From Desulfobacteraceae bacterium (GTDB lineage Bacteria > Desulfobacterota > DSM-4660 > Desulfatiglandales > B25-G16), in the NCBI GenBank assembly GCA_030615105.1, contig JAUWZV010000003.1, positions 1 to 50,783 of the forward strand: a stretch of 50,783 bases of DNA, in the 5' to 3' direction. Under the pieces are notes generated by a model. That model was not told the DNA's origin, ran no database searches, and saw nothing but the letters and a program-made list of their open reading frames with translations. The translations under genes were made by a program, and so were the position numbers. Positions 1 to 10,486 of the stretch are shown piece after piece (position 1 is the stretch's first letter; every line of letters starts with the position of its first letter).

Positions 1-2
1 TA

Positions 3-629
3 GCTGTCTTTCAGGCTTCAGATTATGTGACATTTGCCTGGAAGACCTATGAGGAATACATCCGAAATTACATATATGATGGTCCTAACATTCTCTCCAA
101 TCCCCGGGGTGGATGGAGCGGTTGTGAACCTCGATCCAAAAGGGCCGTTTTCCGGTTGCCGCCCGCGATTGTGTACCTGGGGTCGCTGGAGCGGTATTTT
201 AATAACATGCCCTTATTGTCCCGCCTAACTTCAAATTTGCCCTATGTTATGGACGTCTATGGAACCCCCGAACCGGCCAAGGGTTATAGGCTGCCGTACA
301 TGGGGACAATGCCGGATATGGATAACGAATTGACCCGATACCAGTTTGGCTTGAACACCGTTACTTCCGAAATACTGAGGCGCAACGCATTCTCAAGCAA
401 GATTTTGACATACCTATCCTTTGGGTTGCCATGTCTTTTTAATGACTGGGAGAAATTTCCACATGAACTGGGAGGATGCATTCCCTATACTGAGGAGAAC
501 ATCTCAGAAGTCATTGAACGCTTCTTTGACAGGGGCGCCTGGGAAGAATTGAGTAATGAAGCGTATGCTCAAGCACAGGATCTGCGGTGGGACAAGGTGT
601 TGACTCCGTTGCTTGATGTTTTGAGGTGA
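3..629 (+). CDS. Glycosyltransferase (GT-B), C-terminal part; 5' end lies outside the window
   Basis: Frame is open from position 3. C-terminal GT-B signature FSSKILTYLSFGLP...LSNEAY...LRWDKV. Confidence 0.65.
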   Translation, partial: AVFQASDYVTFAWKTYEEYIRNYIYDGPNILSNPRGGWSGCEPRSKRAVFRLPPAIVYLGSLERYFNNMPLLSRLTSNLPYVMDVYGTPEPAKGYRLPYMGTMPDMDNELTRYQFGLNTVTSEILRRNAFSSKILTYLSFGLPCLFNDWEKFPHELGGCIPYTEENISEVIERFFDRGAWEELSNEAYAQAQDLRWDKVLTPLLDVLR

Positions 630-765
630 TATGCGAGCGACGATGATAGGAAACAGGCTTTTCAATAGTCAAATGGTAATAACATTCCTATAATATTAAA
701 AGATAACATGGACTTAACCAATAGACTACTCAACGATTTGACTAACTAAGTGGGGAAGACTGATA

Positions 766-2235
766 TTGAAAGTGCTTCTGGTCCATCCACATAAAATATC
801 CACTGAAATCCCCCTCGGACTGCTGTATCTGTCGGCAATGGCCAAGCGCGAAGGGCATGAAGTGAGGCTCTTTTACGGGAATTTGTGCAATCAGCAAGTA
901 CCTGAATACTACCCTTCGCCAGCAGAAATGAGGTGCGCTTTTGCCCTAACTTTGGATGATTTTGAGCCCGACCTAGTCGGCTTCTCGGTAATGAGTACAG
1001 CCTTTGACGAGTGCCTGGGGTTATCTCGTTTCGCTAAGAAAAAGGGGTGTCGCACTATCTGGGGAGGTCCGCACCCCACTGTGGATCCAGAATTCACCAT
1101 TCGACAAGAGCCTATAGATATGATCTGTCTCGGAGAGGGAGAGCATGCGTTTCTGGAATTGGTTGATGGATTACAGCAAGGTAGGGACATCACGCACATT
1201 GAAAATATTTGGGTCAAACTGAATGGAAAAGTGTACTGCAATCCGCTTCGCCCTCTGATCAGTGATCTGGACCAATTGCCCTGGCCTGATAGAAGCCTTT
1301 TGGCCCCTGCACTCCTGGATTCCCAGGTAAGAGGAGCGAACTTTATCAGCGGGCGTGGTTGTCCGTATAAGTGCTCTTACTGCATCAACCACCAGCTCCA
1401 GACTCTGTATAAAGGCAAGGGGCCTTTCGTGCGCTATCGAGGGATCGAGTCTGTCATGGAGGAGATCAAGGCAGTGCTGGCGCAGAATGACTCAAAGGAG
1501 GTTGTATTTTCAGACGAGATAATTGGCCTGGGCAAGCGTCGATTGGTTGATTTTTGCAAGGTATACGGTGAAGAGATAAGCCTCCCTTTCGCCTGTCAGA
1601 TACGCGCCAATACCGTTGATGAAGAAGTGGCTACGGCGTTGAAGGAAGCTGGATGCATTCTGGTCAGCATTGGCATAGAGTCCGGTAATGACCGCATCAG
1701 GAGTGATATATTGAATCGCGAGATGAGTCGAGGAACCATTGTACGTACCTTTCGGCTGATTCGTAATGCTGGAGTGAAAGCCGGTGTTTTTAATATGATC
1801 GGTATGCCGACAGAGACGGAAGAGACCATCTGGGACACTATTGCGTTAAATAGAGAAGTTGATCCAGACTATATGCACGTTACTATTTTGATGCCTTTCA
1901 AAGGGACAGAGATTCGGAAAACCATGCAGCGAGAGGGAATAATAAAGAAAGAGGCTTCGGCAAGTTATTATTGGGATGTCATGCAGGAGTTGCCGGATCT
2001 ATCCGCCTCGAGACTGAAGGCCTACCGTTATCTGTTTGGCTTGTATGTCTATGCCAACCGCCGGTATTTCTTTCTCATAAATTTCCTGAAGCATCTGTGG
2101 TCCTTAGTGCCCACTAATGACAACGTTAATTTTCTTCAGCGCCTTGTAAGGTCTTTGGCCTGGCGATTAACTGCATTGGCCAGAAAGTTACTAATCCCTC
2201 AGGGAAAGGCCGGTACAGGCGTTTCCTCACCCTGA
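766..2235 (+). CDS. Cobalamin-binding radical SAM protein (class B rSAM methyltransferase-like) #1
   Basis: N-terminal B12-binding-type domain (PLGLLYL, PDLVGFS, WGGPHPT, GEGE), then GRGCPYKCSYC (CxxxCxxC), GIESGN and MIGMPTET. Confidence 0.9.
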   Translation: MKVLLVHPHKISTEIPLGLLYLSAMAKREGHEVRLFYGNLCNQQVPEYYPSPAEMRCAFALTLDDFEPDLVGFSVMSTAFDECLGLSRFAKKKGCRTIWGGPHPTVDPEFTIRQEPIDMICLGEGEHAFLELVDGLQQGRDITHIENIWVKLNGKVYCNPLRPLISDLDQLPWPDRSLLAPALLDSQVRGANFISGRGCPYKCSYCINHQLQTLYKGKGPFVRYRGIESVMEEIKAVLAQNDSKEVVFSDEIIGLGKRRLVDFCKVYGEEISLPFACQIRANTVDEEVATALKEAGCILVSIGIESGNDRIRSDILNREMSRGTIVRTFRLIRNAGVKAGVFNMIGMPTETEETIWDTIALNREVDPDYMHVTILMPFKGTEIRKTMQREGIIKKEASASYYWDVMQELPDLSASRLKAYRYLFGLYVYANRRYFFLINFLKHLWSLVPTNDNVNFLQRLVRSLAWRLTALARKLLIPQGKAGTGVSSP

Positions 2236-2430
2236 CTTCGTGAAGCTGCGAGAAGGAGTGAAAGCCAGGACTATGAACTAAAGGTACATTTGTTATTTTC
2301 CAATCTGGATTTTGGAATTCAAGCGATAGTTTCGATTGACCCAATAACCCAATCACGGAATGACGTCTTAAGTTCCGGTCAGCAACTTGTTTGGTATTAT
2401 TTGTAATATTTGAGTTTTGGATTTACTAAT

Positions 2431-3525
2431 ATGAGAATTGCTTATCTGTCTCAAGGAAATAGTGTTTACGACAGACGTTTTTTAGAAAAAATGGTGGAGC
2501 GAGGTCACGAGCCTCACTTTATTTCATACCATCCGCGTCAGCCTGTTGAAGTGGAAGGTGTGAGAAACTACTTCTATGATTACTATACCATGCATCGCTT
2601 CAAGCACTTAGTAATGTTGCAGACAGCCTGGCATCTGCGCAAATTGTTTGGTATCATTAAACCGGATGTTTTGCACACGGGGTGGGTTCAGGATCATGGC
2701 TTCCTTGGGGCCCTAAGCGGCTTCCACCCGACTCTTTCTATGCCCTGGGGTTCTGATGTTTTAATCAGGCCCTACGATTCGACCTTGGCCATGTGGAGGG
2801 CCCGCTTTACCTTGCGAAGGGCGGATATGATCACGTGTGATGCCCAGTCGGTCAAGGATCAGATTATTAAGCTGTCTGGTTGTCCATCGAATAAGATCGT
2901 TGTTTTCCCATGGGGGATCGATCTAAAAACGTTTCGTCCTGAATGTTCTGGAGAAGTTAGAAAAAGGCTCGGGTGGGATCATAAGAAGGTGCTCATCTGT
3001 ACGCGAAACTTCGACATCAGAGTGCACGGCGTTGAGTACCTTATTCATGCTGTACCGGCTGTATTTGAAAGGCGTCCCGATGTAAGAGTAATCCTTGTGG
3101 GAACTGGTCCATTGGAACATGAGTATCGAGAGTTGGTTTCCGAACTGGGTCTGGATGATGTTGTCCACTTTGCCGGTTGGCTCAACGAAATACAGATGGC
3201 CGAACATCTCAAGGCGGCTGATGTCTATGTGAGTACCTCCTTAAGTGATGGGACTTCAGCTTCACTATTGGAAGCGATGGCCTGCGGGTTGCCGGTGGTT
3301 GTCACGGATGTACCTTCCTACTTTGAGTGGATAGAACATGGGGTGAACGGTTATATTGTACCAAGGAAGGATGAGACCCGACTCGCCGAAGCACTCGTTA
3401 AGTTATTAGAAAGTCCTCAGCCTCAAAAGGAGATGGGAGAACGGAACTTACAAGTTGCCCGTGAGAGAGCGGACTGGGATAAGAATTTTAATATCCTTGA
3501 GGATGTTTATAAAAGTTTGGTGTAA
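2431..3525 (+). CDS. Glycosyltransferase family 4
   Basis: MRIAYLS N-terminus; GTSASLLEAMACGLPVVVTD GT4 motif. ATG 2431 preferred over TTG 2410. Confidence 0.9.
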   Translation: MRIAYLSQGNSVYDRRFLEKMVERGHEPHFISYHPRQPVEVEGVRNYFYDYYTMHRFKHLVMLQTAWHLRKLFGIIKPDVLHTGWVQDHGFLGALSGFHPTLSMPWGSDVLIRPYDSTLAMWRARFTLRRADMITCDAQSVKDQIIKLSGCPSNKIVVFPWGIDLKTFRPECSGEVRKRLGWDHKKVLICTRNFDIRVHGVEYLIHAVPAVFERRPDVRVILVGTGPLEHEYRELVSELGLDDVVHFAGWLNEIQMAEHLKAADVYVSTSLSDGTSASLLEAMACGLPVVVTDVPSYFEWIEHGVNGYIVPRKDETRLAEALVKLLESPQPQKEMGERNLQVARERADWDKNFNILEDVYKSLV

Positions 3526-3585
3526 AGATCAATGTTTAATAACCCGGAGTAGTAATCCTATTTAAACCAATTTATTTCTGACAAT

Positions 3586-5021
3586 TTGATGAAGATGAAG
3601 GTTGTTTTAGTTGAGGGTTTATTAGGTGATAAAGAAACATATGCATTTAGAACTTTGTTTCATCTGTGTGGGTATCCGGTAATTTTCGGAAAACAGGAAA
3701 TTAATGATAAAAGGAAAATAAAAATCAGGTATTCTCCAGATCTTGATAGTCCAGGAGAAAATATCCTACATATAAAAAAGGAACTTTCTTTTTGGAAGAA
3801 TGGATATAAACCAAAATTTAAAAAAATAGAAAACCTACCAGTTCCTGTATGTTTACATGATAAAAGACTTACTCTTTTTCGAAATAATCATATTAATTAT
3901 GATTTACCATTTATTTTCTGGTATTTCCTGAGTGGTTTGGTTGAACCTTATGATACTCCCAGAGATTCTCACGGTCGCCCTTTACCTGATGTGTGTTTTC
4001 TTGGCCTCAATGGACTGCATGATTTTCCCCTTTTAAACCGATACGTAAATTTTTTCAAAAAAATATTAGAGCAACAATATCGACTAGAACCCGGGGTTTC
4101 ACTTTATCCCGAAGGCAAAACTTATGCTGTGGGTCTATCACACGATGTGGATCATTGTGGGACATCTTGGAAACAAAATGTTTGGCAGCATTATATCATG
4201 ACCAGAAAAAACCCATTGGATCTAAGGCGGGTCATTTTGAGAAGTTTGAATTTGCTTTTCTCTCCCGATTATTCTAATAATTATGATGCAATCATGAACT
4301 TTGAGGAGAAATATTCAGTCAGATCAACGTTTTTTTTGGGTCAAAATTTGACAATGATGGTTTTTCTATATCTTATGATATTTCTAGTCCCATGGTGCAA
4401 AAAGCTATCCGTAAAGTGGCTAAAAGAGGATGGGAGATCGGTCTGCACCCTAGTTACAATGCATGGCATGATGAGAATTCATTTAAATTACAGAAAGAGG
4501 TACTTGAAGAAGAACTTGGAGAAGAGGTGCTTGGATTAAGGCATCATTTTTGGAGGATGGATAATTGTGCTGAAAATACTTTAGCTATCCATGAACGCTT
4601 AGATTTTAAATATGATGTTTCCATGGCTTTCAATGATGTAATTGGTTTCAGGAGAGGATGTGCGTTCCCATATTTTCCTTATTATATAAAAAAACAAAGG
4701 CCTTTGATGGTTTTGGAAATGCCAACTACAATAATGGACGGAGCTGTTTTATTTGAACATAGATTCAAAGATCTCAAACAAGCTGTATCTTCAGTTCTTA
4801 AACATATTGAAGAGATTAAAATCAATGGAGGTTTATCCATATTAGATTGGCATAGCTATATGTGGAGAGATTGGTGGTATCCGTTATGGTTTAAAGTTTA
4901 CAGGCATTTTCTTCCCATTATATGTTCAGATAAAGAATGCTATGTTGGGCCATTAATAGATATAGCTAATCATTTTTTACAAAGAGAGCAAATATTTAAA
5001 CAAATGGAATTAAAACATTGA
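3586..5021 (+). pseudogene. Polysaccharide deacetylase family protein (CE4/NodB-like), split by a frameshift in a T8 tract
   Basis: SHDVDH lies in ORF 3586-4539; EIGLHPS, GLRHHFWR and GFRRG lie in ORF 4392-5021. One extra T in the T8 run at 4330-4337 fuses them (STFFFGSKFDNDGFSISYDISSPMVQK). Confidence 0.8.
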
Positions 5022-5815
5022 GTTTCTATTCAGATTTTAGGGTTGCCATTATATACAATGAGGCAAATTTAGAGGCACAGCTTGTTTTAGAAGACATGTT
5101 GAGCCATGATATTTGTCCTGTTGGCTTGATATCTCAAAAAAAAATTCCTTACAGCCGAAATTATATTTCCTTATTTTTTAATCCTGTTAGGGTTCTAAAA
5201 GGTTTATTAAATAGAATGAGAAATATCCTATGTCCTACTAATTCACCACAAGAAGAGATCAAGATTTCAGAGATGGCAAGAAAGCATAATTTAACTATTC
5301 ATTATGTAGAAAATATCAATTCTAAAGAAACAGCATCTTTGCTTCGTGAAATTGTAAAGCCAAATTTACTTATCCTTGCTGGTGCACCTATAATACGCCA
5401 GCACATCTTAGATATTCCCACTATCGGTACACTGAACGCACATCCCGGTTATCTGCCTCTTTTCAGGGGTATGGATGTAGTTCGCTGGACTATTATCGAG
5501 AAAGGGCCTTTAGCCGTTACTCTCCATTTTGTGGACGATGGAGTAGATACTGGACCTATTTTAGTTCGAGAACCGATTCCGTTTTACCTGGGTGATAATA
5601 TCGATATCCTTCGCAAAAGGGCAACCTATATTGCCGCCAAGCTCATTGTTAAAGGCTTAAAAATGATAAGTAGAGACAAATATGAGACGATCCCTCAAAC
5701 CCGAGCCGAGGGGAGACAATATTATAGGGTATCAAAGGAACAAGCAGAGGAAGCGGAAATAGAACTGCAGAAAAGAATTGAAAAAGAGATGAACCCGAAA
5801 TTTGATTTAGAATAA
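5018..5815 (+). CDS. Formyltransferase family protein (sugar N-formyltransferase-like)
   Basis: LNAHPGYLPLFRG and TLHFVDDGVDTGPI formyl_trans_N motifs. Confidence 0.85.
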   Translation: MSFYSDFRVAIIYNEANLEAQLVLEDMLSHDICPVGLISQKKIPYSRNYISLFFNPVRVLKGLLNRMRNILCPTNSPQEEIKISEMARKHNLTIHYVENINSKETASLLREIVKPNLLILAGAPIIRQHILDIPTIGTLNAHPGYLPLFRGMDVVRWTIIEKGPLAVTLHFVDDGVDTGPILVREPIPFYLGDNIDILRKRATYIAAKLIVKGLKMISRDKYETIPQTRAEGRQYYRVSKEQAEEAEIELQKRIEKEMNPKFDLE

Positions 5816-5864
5816 CCGTCTAAGCACCGTTAAGCAGTGCGACATTAAATGTGGGAAAGCCGGC

Positions 5865-7250
5865 ATGAACAATAAGGGGTCGAAAGAGAGGGGAGGGAAA
5901 ATCCTCCTGATCACCTTTCATTTTCCCCCCGACATCCATCCCGGAGCTAAAAGACTTGGGAAGTTTGCGAAGTATCTGCCTTCATATGGTTGGCACCCGG
6001 TTGTATTGACCAAACAGATGCACCATTACACTGGTGTTGATTATTCGTTGAACAAAAACGTGCGGTCAAGTGTGGCGGTACACCGAGTTTCTGAATGGCA
6101 TCTTAAGAACAATCACAAAAGATGCTCAGGCACAACTAAGACATCTGGCAAAAGACCTCATAAGGCATTGGGAGAAACTCGTAAAGGGTTGCTTTATCGG
6201 TTGGCCCATTACCTTGACTTCCCATGGCTCTTACCTGCATTCTTACAGGGGTTGCGATTAATTAGGAAGGAAAATATTGACATTATTTTAACCTCCTATC
6301 CAAATCAAGAGGCTGTTGTTGTTGGCCTGCTGCTTAAGTTGGTTACAGGCAAAACATGGGTCGTCGATTATAGAGATTTGACCCGGAGTTTCCCTTTGAT
6401 TCTCTGGTTCACTGGACATGGCAATGCCCTAAGATTAGCATCTGACAAGATATTAGACAAAATCATTGTTCGAAAAGCTGATGCGATTACGGTTGTGGGT
6501 AAGCGCATGCGAGAAGACATAGTTGACGTCTTTGGGCCAAAAATACGTACAAAAACACATGTAGTTTTTAATGGTTATGATCCTGACGATTTCCTTTTAT
6601 CAGAAAAAGGAAGCCAAAGTGAATATTCTGAAATTACTGATGGGACATTTGTGATAACTTATTTGGGAAGCTGGACGATCACGGATACTCCGGAATATTT
6701 TTTAAGAGGATTAGGTAAGTTGCTGAGGGGGAAGGAATATCTGCGGGGTAAGATACGATTCATTCATATTGGGGAAGTGAGATCTAATTCAAGACTGATG
6801 CGGCAAATTCCCCGTTGGATTCAGGAAGAAAACTTGAATGATATCGTAGATGATCTTCCTCACCTGCCCCACAGTGAGGCACTATCATATTTGAAGACTT
6901 CATCTGCAGCCCTGTTGGTACAGCATGAAATCAAGGAGTGCCCCGGTGCTACGGATCATTGCTTGCCTACCAAGGGGTTCGAGTATTTAGCTGCACGGAA
7001 GCCGATTCTGGCTCTCGCGCCTGTTAAAGGTGAGATTGCGGAGCTTATACGTAACTGTAACGCCGGCGAAGTTGTCCCACCAACGGATGTAGATGCAATC
7101 GAAAAAGCCATTTATTCGATGTATAAGGCCCATAAAAACGGTATGTTAGATCGAGATATGGATATTTCGGTGATACAGACATTTGAGCGCAAGAGGCAGA
7201 CCGGCGTACTGGCAACAATATTGGACGATCTGTTGAGGAAGAGAAGTTAG
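5865..7250 (+). CDS. Glycosyltransferase family 4
   Basis: KILLITFHFPP, WVVDYRD, NGYDPDDF, PTKGFEYLAARKPILA. Confidence 0.85.
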   Translation: MNNKGSKERGGKILLITFHFPPDIHPGAKRLGKFAKYLPSYGWHPVVLTKQMHHYTGVDYSLNKNVRSSVAVHRVSEWHLKNNHKRCSGTTKTSGKRPHKALGETRKGLLYRLAHYLDFPWLLPAFLQGLRLIRKENIDIILTSYPNQEAVVVGLLLKLVTGKTWVVDYRDLTRSFPLILWFTGHGNALRLASDKILDKIIVRKADAITVVGKRMREDIVDVFGPKIRTKTHVVFNGYDPDDFLLSEKGSQSEYSEITDGTFVITYLGSWTITDTPEYFLRGLGKLLRGKEYLRGKIRFIHIGEVRSNSRLMRQIPRWIQEENLNDIVDDLPHLPHSEALSYLKTSSAALLVQHEIKECPGATDHCLPTKGFEYLAARKPILALAPVKGEIAELIRNCNAGEVVPPTDVDAIEKAIYSMYKAHKNGMLDRDMDISVIQTFERKRQTGVLATILDDLLRKRS

Positions 7251-7253
7251 CCG

Positions 7254-7329
7254 CCCCAGAGAAATATGCTGCGCCCTGTGGAATCCAGCGGCTATTCCTC
7301 TGGGGTAGGTCTAGAAGATCGTACTGGGG
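7254..7329. repeat. Cluster of nested or partial short palindromic elements (GTGGAAT and GTAGGT/GTAC subtypes)
   Basis: ccctgtggaatccagcggctattcctctgggg at 7274-7305, followed by taggtctagaagatcgtactgggg. Same arms as the copies at 39435 and 30473. Confidence 0.7.
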
Positions 7330-7356
7330 TGGGTCTGCGGTAAGAAAGGAAAAGCG

Positions 7357-8457
7357 ATGAAGGTGATGCTAATTATGGGTAACCGACCCCACTTCATAAA
7401 ATGTGCGCCTTTGGTGAAGGAGATATCAAAAGAACCTGATATATCTCTGGTGCTGGTCCACACGGGGCAGCATTACGATTGGGAGATGTCGGGCACATTT
7501 CTGAAAGAGTTTGGCCTCACAGCAGTTGACTATAATTGCGAAGTGGGATCGGGTACTCACGGGGTGCAGACGGGCAGGATGTTAGAAAAATTGGACCCCA
7601 TACTATTGACTGAAAAACCGGATGTGGTTCTGGTTCCAGGTGATACCAACACCACACTGGCAGGGGCGTTGGCTGCATACAAGTTCCATATCCCGACCGG
7701 CCATATTGAAGCCGGTATGAGGGAATACATATGGCGGCCCGAGGAGATGAATAAACTTGTGGCCGACCATTGCTCTGATTATCTATTCTGCCCGATTAAA
7801 AGAGCCGCCGACAGCCTCAGGGCTGAAAACATTCCTGACTCCAGAATCTATTTTACAGGTGACATTACGTACGATATGTTTCTTCAGAGTAAGGAAAAGG
7901 TTCAAGCTGGTTCGGATGGGCTGGACAGGCTCAATCTGCCGCCTGATTTCTTTCTCCTGACAATGCACAGGGCGGAAACGGTGGATCATCAAAATGAGGT
8001 AAGCGAAATTGTAGAGGCACTGATTGAGATAGATCACAGTATTGTATACCCGATTCACCCCAGGGCCAAAAAATTCTTGATGCGGTTTGGTCTTTATTCA
8101 AAATTGAACAGAGTTAGGAATATAAAGTTAATAGATCCCGTGGGCTATTTTGATTTTATTAACTTGCTATTGAAGTCCAAAATGGTACTCACGGACTCTT
8201 CCGGTGTCCTGAAGGAGGCCTTCTATGCGCTTAAACCGTGTGTTACCTTAGATTATACAACGGAATATAAAGAGATATTCGATCTCGGCTATAATATCCT
8301 GGCCGGCCATAAAAAGGACAGGATCCTTGAAAGTGTTCAAGAAATGAGCGGGAAGATCTTTGCCCCGGTTGTTGATAACCCATTCGGAGACGGCACCGCT
8401 TCAAAGAAAATCATTAGCATATTACAGCAAACCAATCCAAAATATCCAGCAACTTAG
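7357..8457 (+). CDS. UDP-N-acetylglucosamine 2-epimerase, non-hydrolysing (WecB/WbpI-like)
   Basis: GNRPHFIK, HTGQHYD, PGDTNTTLAG, HIEAGMR, TDSSGVLKEA, NPFGDG. Confidence 0.9.
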   Translation: MKVMLIMGNRPHFIKCAPLVKEISKEPDISLVLVHTGQHYDWEMSGTFLKEFGLTAVDYNCEVGSGTHGVQTGRMLEKLDPILLTEKPDVVLVPGDTNTTLAGALAAYKFHIPTGHIEAGMREYIWRPEEMNKLVADHCSDYLFCPIKRAADSLRAENIPDSRIYFTGDITYDMFLQSKEKVQAGSDGLDRLNLPPDFFLLTMHRAETVDHQNEVSEIVEALIEIDHSIVYPIHPRAKKFLMRFGLYSKLNRVRNIKLIDPVGYFDFINLLLKSKMVLTDSSGVLKEAFYALKPCVTLDYTTEYKEIFDLGYNILAGHKKDRILESVQEMSGKIFAPVVDNPFGDGTASKKIISILQQTNPKYPAT

Positions 8458-8471
8458 GCAATCACAGAGAT

Positions 8472-9101
8472 ATGTTTAGTAAAATTTTAGTCCTCTCACC
8501 CCACACAGATGATGGCGAGTTCGGTTGCGGTGGCTCAATAAGTAAATGGCTAGATGAAGGAAAAGAGGTGCATTATGTTGCTTTTTCTTCAGCAGAAAAG
8601 TCTGTCCCAAAAGGGTTTCCTAGTGATATACTTAAGAAAGAAGTTAAAGATGCTACCAAAATTTTAGGTATACCACCTAACAATTTGCTTGTCTTTAATT
8701 ACCCTGTGAGAGATTTTCTAGCTCATAGACAGGAAATATTAGAGAATATGGTTGAATTAGAAAATACAGTAAAGCCAGAGATTGTATTACTTCCCTCTAC
8801 TGCAGATACTCACCAGGACCACCAGGTAGTTTCTCAAGAGGGTTTTAGAGCATTTAAAAAAAATTCTATAATAGGCTACGAAATACCCTGGAATAATCTG
8901 TCCTTCACCACAAATCTACTTGTATCATTAAATGAAAAACAGATGAAGCGAAAGATAGAGGCTCTAAAGTGCTATAAATCACAGAGCAGTAGAATCTATT
9001 CCAGTGAAGAGTTTACCTGGGATTTAGCAAGGATTAGAGGCTCACAGATAGCCGTCAAATATGCAGAGGCATTCGAGGCAATAAGGTGGATAATTCGCTA
9101 G
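8472..9101 (+). CDS. PIG-L/LmbE family N-deacetylase
   Basis: SPHTDDGEFGCGG and DTHQDH metal-binding motifs. Confidence 0.9.
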   Translation: MFSKILVLSPHTDDGEFGCGGSISKWLDEGKEVHYVAFSSAEKSVPKGFPSDILKKEVKDATKILGIPPNNLLVFNYPVRDFLAHRQEILENMVELENTVKPEIVLLPSTADTHQDHQVVSQEGFRAFKKNSIIGYEIPWNNLSFTTNLLVSLNEKQMKRKIEALKCYKSQSSRIYSSEEFTWDLARIRGSQIAVKYAEAFEAIRWIIR

Positions 9102-9366
9102 AGAAGAAGAGGCAGCCGTTGCTGAAGTTTGTCAGGTGATAAGATGGATCATAAGAATATAGTACCCAGGTTCTGATATTCGTATTTTTTTGACAGAAAA
9201 TATTCACTCTGTCCGGCGAACAATTATGTTTGGCGTGATGAAATCCGAATACCCGCCTGCCTTGCCTTAGCACCCACATCGCTGCAAGGTACCATCGGAC
9301 GGGCCAATGTGATCCGGTTGCAATAGCAGGACACAAGCAGACAGGTGGCGGGCAGGTCGAATTTTG

Positions 9367-9400
9367 CCTGCCCCGTTAAATTTCATATATTTAACTGGGG
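9367..9400 (+). mobile_element. 34-bp palindromic mini element (GTTAAAT subtype)
   Basis: cctgccccgttaaatttcatatatttaactgggg, inserted into a ttcgaat-type short repeat. Confidence 0.75.
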
Positions 9401-9428
9401 TGCTTCGAATTTCGAATTTAACTATAAG

Positions 9429-10481
9429 ATGATTCCCCATTCAAAGCCTACTTTAGATAGTAAGGATTTTAAGGCTGTTCTGGAAACCTTGAAATCAGCA
9501 CATATTTCCCAGGGGGCCAAGGTTGAAGAATTTGAAGATAAGTTTAGCAACTTCATTGGGCTTAAGGGAGGGGTAGCGACCAATTCGGGTACCGCTGCTT
9601 TACATTTAGCCTTATTGGCATTGTATATCGGTGAGGGTGATGAAGTCATTATGCCCAGTTATGTTTGCAGTGCTTTGTTAAATGCTGTTTCCTATACAAG
9701 AGCAACACCCAAGATTGTTGATATCAATGAGGAGGACTTTAACATAAATATCTCTGCAGTAGCGGCAAATATAAATTCAACAACAAAAGCCATTATAATC
9801 CCGCATATGTTTGGATTATCTGCTGATATGGAAGGTTTGTTGGATCTTGGTATTCCAATCGTAGAAGATTGTGCCCAGTCCTTGGGTTCTTCCTACAGAA
9901 CTAAACTGACCGGCAGTTTCGGTGCATTATCCATTTTTTCCTTTTATGCCACAAAGATGATGACCACTGGTGAAGGGGGAATGTTGCTCACAAATTCCGC
10001 TGAACAGATTGCAGCAATAAGAGACCTGAGGGATTATGGGGGCAAAAGAAATTATAAGATAAGGTATAATTACAAGATGACAGACTTCCAGGCTGCATCA
10101 GGGATTAGTCAGCTATCAAAACTACCTGATTTCATAAGAAGAAGGAAAGAGATAGCAAGTTATTATTGTAGCGAATTATCTGACTGCGGTATCATACGAC
10201 CCTCTGTTCCGGAAGGCAGGGAGCATATTTACTACAGATATGTGATAAGGACAAAAAAGAACCCGGACGAGTTGAGGGCAAAGTTGATGGAAAAAGAGAT
10301 AGCCTGCGGCTACGGAGTGATTCAGCCCTTACATCATCTTTTGGGATTACATGCGAAGGATTTTCCATATACTGAAGCAGTATCTAATTCTGCCATTTCA
10401 ATACCCATTTATCCATCCTTAAAGGATGACGAGGTTGAGACGATCATAAGAGAGTTGAAGGCTGTCCTGGAGGAGGATTAG
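9429..10481 (+). CDS. DegT/DnrJ/EryC1/StrS family sugar aminotransferase
   Basis: NSGTAALHLAL, EDCAQSLG, SFYATKMMTTGEGG (PLP lysine). ATG 9429 (MIPHSKP) is the likely start. Confidence 0.93.
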   Translation: MIPHSKPTLDSKDFKAVLETLKSAHISQGAKVEEFEDKFSNFIGLKGGVATNSGTAALHLALLALYIGEGDEVIMPSYVCSALLNAVSYTRATPKIVDINEEDFNINISAVAANINSTTKAIIIPHMFGLSADMEGLLDLGIPIVEDCAQSLGSSYRTKLTGSFGALSIFSFYATKMMTTGEGGMLLTNSAEQIAAIRDLRDYGGKRNYKIRYNYKMTDFQAASGISQLSKLPDFIRRRKEIASYYCSELSDCGIIRPSVPEGREHIYYRYVIRTKKNPDELRAKLMEKEIACGYGVIQPLHHLLGLHAKDFPYTEAVSNSAISIPIYPSLKDDEVETIIRELKAVLEED

Positions 10482-10486
10482 TTTCA

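Noticed and set aside
711-747. Short degenerate caatagac/gact-type tracts (also near 2333-2356 and 42698-42720)
   Set aside because: Too short and degenerate to distinguish from chance.
9345-9428. N-terminal extension of the aminotransferase in the ORF track
   Set aside because: It is translated repeat sequence (ACPVKFHIFNWG comes from a mini element). The real start is likely 9429.
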